Shown: in pieces, positions 60,067 to 64,000 of the stretch
How the letters are laid out: every line of letters starts with the position of its first letter
How positions within the stretch are numbered: position 1 is the stretch's first letter
DNA from: Candidatus Bipolaricaulota bacterium
GTDB taxonomy: Bacteria > Patescibacteriota > Patescibacteriia > UBA11705 > DATKZF01
NCBI GenBank assembly: GCA_035528115.1
Contig: DATKZF010000002.1
Location: forward strand, 69,751-133,750
Direction of reading: 5' to 3'
DNA: 64,000 bases
Position numbers and translations under genes: made by a program
The notes under the pieces: model-generated
The model's database searches: none
Seen by the model: the letters and a program-made list of their open reading frames with translations, nothing else
What the model was told of the DNA's origin: nothing

Positions 60067-60384
60067 CTAATAGTGAAACTTTAGCACTCTCCCTTTTCTC
60101 AGCAAAAAGCATAGCTTAAATAGATTCGCTACTTTTAACTGACGAATTGTTTTTTTAGAACAAGTAACTAAGTCGATGTGTATGTAAGAATTTTCGGGCC
60201 AGACATGTACAGCAATATGGCTTTCCTCTAATATAAAAACGATTGAACTGCCTTGAGGATGAAATCCATGAACTGTTTTTTTTACAATATGCAAACCTAA
60301 TAGAGAAACAAACATCTCTATTCTGGACATAAGTTCTCTTTTTTTAAAAATATTGGGATCATCGCCAAAACCTTCTAGCACCAT
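60067..60384 (-). CDS. speD: S-adenosylmethionine decarboxylase proenzyme (true start probably slightly upstream)
   Basis: H.F.PQG.S....L.ESHIAVHVWPE...HID..TC, containing the pyruvoyl E|S site. Confidence 0.9.
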   Translation of the reverse strand: MVLEGFGDDPNIFKKRELMSRIEMFVSLLGLHIVKKTVHGFHPQGSSIVFILEESHIAVHVWPENSYIHIDLVTCSKKTIRQLKVANLFKLCFLLRKGRVLKFHY

Positions 60385-60483
60385 ATGACAAGTAATGTGT
60401 GTATGCTCGCCCCATTGTTTTTCCCAATTATCTACTGGACTAAAATTATATATTTGGATTGTCTTATTTGGACATGATATAGA

Positions 60484-60852
60484 TTAAACAATTATCCATG
60501 ATGATAACACTTCTCCCATATATCCCTCACACACTGAAACTGAAACAGTTTTAAAATTAAAATCAGCAGCGATCTTTTTCTTTATAAATATTGCTATATT
60601 CTCCGCCGTTGTAGGCTCGTTCCAGCCATGCTCGTTAAAAACATCATTAACGTGTCTGTGATCAAAAATTCCTATAATGTCTTTGATTTTTTTAAAATCT
60701 GCAATCATGCCATTCTTTAATTCGCCCGATTCAATTTCTACTTTCACAAGATAAGTATGCCCATGCAGTCGCGCACAATCCTTTGAAATCAAATTACTGC
60801 TGTCGGGCAGTGTGTGAGAAGCATGGAAAAAATCTGATACTACAAGCTTCAT
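60484..60852 (-). CDS. queD: 6-carboxytetrahydropterin synthase (PTPS family)
   Basis: F.ASH.L, C.RLHGH.Y, GMIADF..IK, DH..N, PT.ENIA. Confidence 0.9.
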   Translation of the reverse strand: MKLVVSDFFHASHTLPDSSNLISKDCARLHGHTYLVKVEIESGELKNGMIADFKKIKDIIGIFDHRHVNDVFNEHGWNEPTTAENIAIFIKKKIAADFNFKTVSVSVCEGYMGEVLSSWIIV

Positions 60853-60895
60853 AAAAAATATAACTAATTTAAAAAAATTATTTTCTAAATTTTAC

Positions 60896-61705
60896 TTATA
60901 AACCCTTTACAATCATCATTTTCCGATCGCCCAGCCTCATTTTTCTTGACTTTTCCGCGTCAGGCGTTTCCGTCTCTTCATAAGGCCGGAAAACAATGCC
61001 GTTTTCCGAATACAAATCATGAACGGCCGAGAGCAAATTATCGTATTTATATTTGAATTTCAATCCTTTTCTGGTGCCCGGATCATTGGTGATAAATTCG
61101 TTTCTGTCATATCCGCGAACGACCAACATGTGAAACAGCGGGCCCGGAGCGGTAAAATTGGGATTATCCAAGTCGCGGCCCGAAGCCGGCAAAATGATCA
61201 AATGTCCCTTGACCAATTCTTCCTTTATTCTTTGTTCCGAAACATCGCTTGATATTTCAACATCCAATTTAAAATATTCCTTGGCCATTCGAGCCACCTC
61301 AGCCACGTTGGTGTCGGTGTACAAGCCGAGATTGGTCGTTTCCCAAGCCACCAATTTTTTCAATTCCTCATCCATAATGGCGGCGTCCAGCGGCTGTTTG
61401 GCGAAATATTTGTATGCCGTGATCAAGCTGGCTTCTTCGCACGCTTCCTGATACGGCAATTCCCAATTGCCAAAAGGCGCTTGCGACGCGAACGCCACGT
61501 CCAAATCAAAAGTGGCGGGCAATGAAACCTCTTGCTCAGCCGGGGCATGCTCAAGCGTCGCGGGAGATTCTACCGTTGTTTCTGGCGTCGCTTCGGTTGT
61601 TAATGCCTCGTTTTCAAGATTGTTCGCAAGCAATGAAATTCGGCCGCAACCGGACAAAATTATCAATAAAAACGGAAAAAACGCGATTTTTGTTAATTTA
61701 TTCAT
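60896..61705 (-). CDS. C39-like peptidase lipoprotein
   Basis: Lipobox LSGC; SQAP...Q.ACEEAS, HMLVV.GY, NDPGT. Confidence 0.85.
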   Translation of the reverse strand: MNKLTKIAFFPFLLIILSGCGRISLLANNLENEALTTEATPETTVESPATLEHAPAEQEVSLPATFDLDVAFASQAPFGNWELPYQEACEEASLITAYKYFAKQPLDAAIMDEELKKLVAWETTNLGLYTDTNVAEVARMAKEYFKLDVEISSDVSEQRIKEELVKGHLIILPASGRDLDNPNFTAPGPLFHMLVVRGYDRNEFITNDPGTRKGLKFKYKYDNLLSAVHDLYSENGIVFRPYEETETPDAEKSRKMRLGDRKMMIVKGL

Positions 61706-61830
61706 ATATTAATATCGTATTTTAATAGAGCTGAATTGTCAATTTGTGAAACTTGACGAATTCTTTGAAATAAGTTAATATTATCAATATCTTAAACAAT
61801 TAATCGCAAAATTTTAATTTTTAACTTAAT

Positions 61831-62121
61831 ATGGCACATAAAAAAGCGGCCGGCAGTACTCGGCTGGGACGAGATTCCGTCTCGAAAAGACTGGGCGTTA
61901 AATTATATGCCGGCGAATACGCCAAGGCCGGCAACATCCTGATTCGTCAAAGAGGTTCGAAATTTCGACCCGGCGAAAACGTGGACTCGGGCAAAGACGA
62001 CACTTTGTTCGCCACAGCCAACGGGATTGTGAAGTTCACGGAGAAGAAACAAAGAAGATTCACGGGCGCGTTGAAGAAAACCAGATACGTGCATGTCGTG
62101 TCTGAAAAAGGCAAAAAATAA
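61831..62121 (+). CDS. rpmA: 50S ribosomal protein L27
   Basis: [20 protein letters not shown]. Confidence 0.98.
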   Translation: MAHKKAAGSTRLGRDSVSKRLGVKLYAGEYAKAGNILIRQRGSKFRPGENVDSGKDDTLFATANGIVKFTEKKQRRFTGALKKTRYVHVVSEKGKK

Positions 62122-62174
62122 CAAATTGAAAAAAATTCCGAAATCAAATCGGGATTTTTTTATTTGATAAAAAA

Positions 62175-62295
62175 AAACGGAGAAAGCGGAGAGGCGAGCT
62201 CTCCGCTGGTATTGGATTGTTGATGGATTTGCCTTTGGGCAATTTGTTGGGTTGATGGCGTTTTTTCCTCACCAACGGAAAGCTTGCCTTTCCGC
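62175..62295. repeat. intergenic element, copy 2 (see 17151)
   Basis: AAACGGAGAAAGCGGAGAGGCGAGCTCTCCGCTGG...CGGAAAGCTTGCCTTTCCGC. Confidence 0.75.
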
Positions 62296-62344
62296 TCTAT
62301 GTATTTTAAAAGAGCATTTATAAGAAAATGCCCTTTTGCTGTTT

Positions 62345-64000
62345 TCAGCCGCCGCTCGGCGAGATGTCGCCGGTCGAGGTCAGACTGAACTTGATGCCGC
62401 ATGTGTACGCGCTGCCGTCGAAACCGCAGCGGCGAAACGGTCCGACATCATCGTAGAGCGAATCTCCATACTGCGCCCAAGCGCCCGACTCGCTCATGTA
62501 CGAGACGCTATACTGGCCGGCCAAGGTATTGGCGGGCAAAAGCAGACGGTAATAGCCGTCCGCGTCGATTGCCATTTGCATGCCGGATTGAAGCGACCAG
62601 CCCATGTCCGGCAATTCTCCAACCGCGAAAGCCGCGTTGGGCTTTCCGGTCAAGTATTGGCTGTTAAAGGCCAAACAGCGCTGACCGCAGGATTTCGCCG
62701 CCCAAAAATCGGGCGTCTGATCCGGCGAAGACTGAGGCGGCAATGACGAAGAAAAATCTTCGTCCGTTTGACCATCGCAGTTATTGTCCGCGTTGTCCTC
62801 CACTTCGGCGCTCGGCAAGACTTCATCTTGGATCGTCTGCCAGACGCCGTTGTCGCAATACTCGATTCGAGGCCGGCATTCTCCCACCCCGATCGTCTCG
62901 CTCGCTTCGGAATACGAAGTTTGCATCTGATGATCCACGCATTCTTCGTCGTCTTGCGGCGGATCGGGATATTGATTCCAGCCGTCGTCGGTCAGGCCGT
63001 CGCAGTCATTGTCTTGCCCGTCGTTTTGCTCCGGCTCGGGCAGGACCTCGTCTTGAGAAATGACCCAGTGTCCGCTTTGGCAGACCGAAATCTCCGGCCG
63101 GCAAGGACCGATGCCGAAGGTTTCGATCGATCCGGAGTAGGCGCTGAAAATTTGACCTTCTTCGCATTCGACAGGTGTCGAAAAATCCTCGTCCGTTTCG
63201 CCGTCGCAGTCATTGTCGAGGCCGTCCGCCGTTTCCGAGATTGGCAAGACCTCGTTTCTGATCTGATGCCAATCTCCGGCAAAACATTCTTCGATCTTGG
63301 TCCGGCACGAACCGACGTTCACCGTCTCGCTTGAACCGGAATAGGTTTCCAGCTCATCCCCATCGAGGCATGAGTTGCCTCCTCCTTCGGGATTTGCGAA
63401 ACACCGGTTGATGTTCTCGACGGTGATCAGGTCGCCGAAACCGGCGACGCTCATGAGCATTTGAGCCGCGTCCACGGTCCAGATCTGACCGCTCGCGTAG
63501 CCCATTTGCGAAAATACTTGAAAATTCGCGAACGGTCTGGCCACTCCATTGCCTGAAATGACAAAGACCGCGCCCTGGCCAAAGCCCTGATTGGTCAGAG
63601 CCGGTTCGGGTTTGACCAGCCGTCCGTCTCTGATGTGCAGAATGCCACCCTCATCGCAAACGGACAGCTTTTGCTGACCTTGCGACGCGGACAGCACGGG
63701 CATGTCTTCGGGCAGATAGCCCCAGCTTTCCGCGGCCAGCGCGGAAGCGAACTTGTAGATCATGCAGCCCTGGTCATTGGCCGATTGCTTTTCCAGCAGG
63801 TAATGCCAGCTGGCGCCGGCCACGCGAAAGACTTCGCGATAAGGCTGCCAGTCAACCGTCCAAGATTCCGGATAGCAGTCGAGCTCTGTCTGACTGACCT
63901 CCAGAATCAAGTTGGAGTCGAAGCCGTGAGCCAGGAAGACTTCCCAATTCACGACCCAGTGCTTGGCGCCATCGAGGAGAACGTAGACCTTGGGCTCGAG
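62345..64000 (-). CDS. high-GC surface protein with MopE-related metal-binding repeats (starts beyond window end)
   Basis: Three E..D..DNDCDG.TDE repeats within Cys-containing units of about 70 aa; frame open to the window edge. Confidence 0.8.
   Translation of the reverse strand, partial: LEPKVYVLLDGAKHWVVNWEVFLAHGFDSNLILEVSQTELDCYPESWTVDWQPYREVFRVAGASWHYLLEKQSANDQGCMIYKFASALAAESWGYLPEDMPVLSASQGQQKLSVCDEGGILHIRDGRLVKPEPALTNQGFGQGAVFVISGNGVARPFANFQVFSQMGYASGQIWTVDAAQMLMSVAGFGDLITVENINRCFANPEGGGNSCLDGDELETYSGSSETVNVGSCRTKIEECFAGDWHQIRNEVLPISETADGLDNDCDGETDEDFSTPVECEEGQIFSAYSGSIETFGIGPCRPEISVCQSGHWVISQDEVLPEPEQNDGQDNDCDGLTDDGWNQYPDPPQDDEECVDHQMQTSYSEASETIGVGECRPRIEYCDNGVWQTIQDEVLPSAEVEDNADNNCDGQTDEDFSSSLPPQSSPDQTPDFWAAKSCGQRCLAFNSQYLTGKPNAAFAVGELPDMGWSLQSGMQMAIDADGYYRLLLPANTLAGQYSVSYMSESGAWAQYGDSLYDDVGPFRRCGFDGSAYTCGIKFSLTSTGDISPSGG

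Larger units (their letters stand above)
55484..60895. mobile_element. AT-rich genomic island between duplicated gene ends (no integrase seen)
   Basis: Visible GC drop, different codon style, 117-bp diverged direct repeats at both edges. Confidence 0.75.

Noticed and set aside
1-64000. Stop-codon reassignment (code 25)
   Set aside because: TGA terminates conserved genes (dut, miaA, mraY, ftsW) at expected lengths, and core ORFs are intact under code 11.

Overview
This is a chromosomal segment of a Patescibacteria (CPR, Parcubacteria-like) bacterium using genetic code 11. The backbone carries smpB-tmRNA-infC-rpmI-rplT, tRNA-Asp, lgt, a pyrB-pyrI fusion, rpmE-prfA-prmC, rplY, rodA, gyrB, secE-nusG-rplK-rplA, a thymidylate cluster (thyA, folA, dcd, deaminase, kinase, dut, tmk), gatB, miaA/miaB, mraY-murD-ftsW, iscS-nifU-iscU and rpmA. 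Five unusual layers sit on top. (1) An AT-rich island (about 55.5-60.9 kb) encodes QueD, SAM decarboxylase, a GT2/BpsA-like aminopropyltransferase fusion, an ATP-grasp ligase, a GT-B glycosyltransferase and a gamma-glutamylcyclotransferase. It has no integrase and is bracketed by a diverged duplicate of the 3' end of the neighbouring C39 peptidase gene. (2) A second island (30.1-34.9 kb) encodes SerRS, archaeal-type SAM synthetase, peptidase E and a stand-alone AlaRS catalytic module. (3) A promoter-driven, roughly 440-nt structured non-coding region upstream of smpB has a strand-skewed long hairpin and G-quadruplex motifs. (4) About ten solo high-GC genes have canonical Shine-Dalgarno sites, mostly their own promoters, and mostly TAG stops. 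(5) Several dispersed or nested intergenic repeat families are present. All calls come from reading motifs by eye; no database searches were run.
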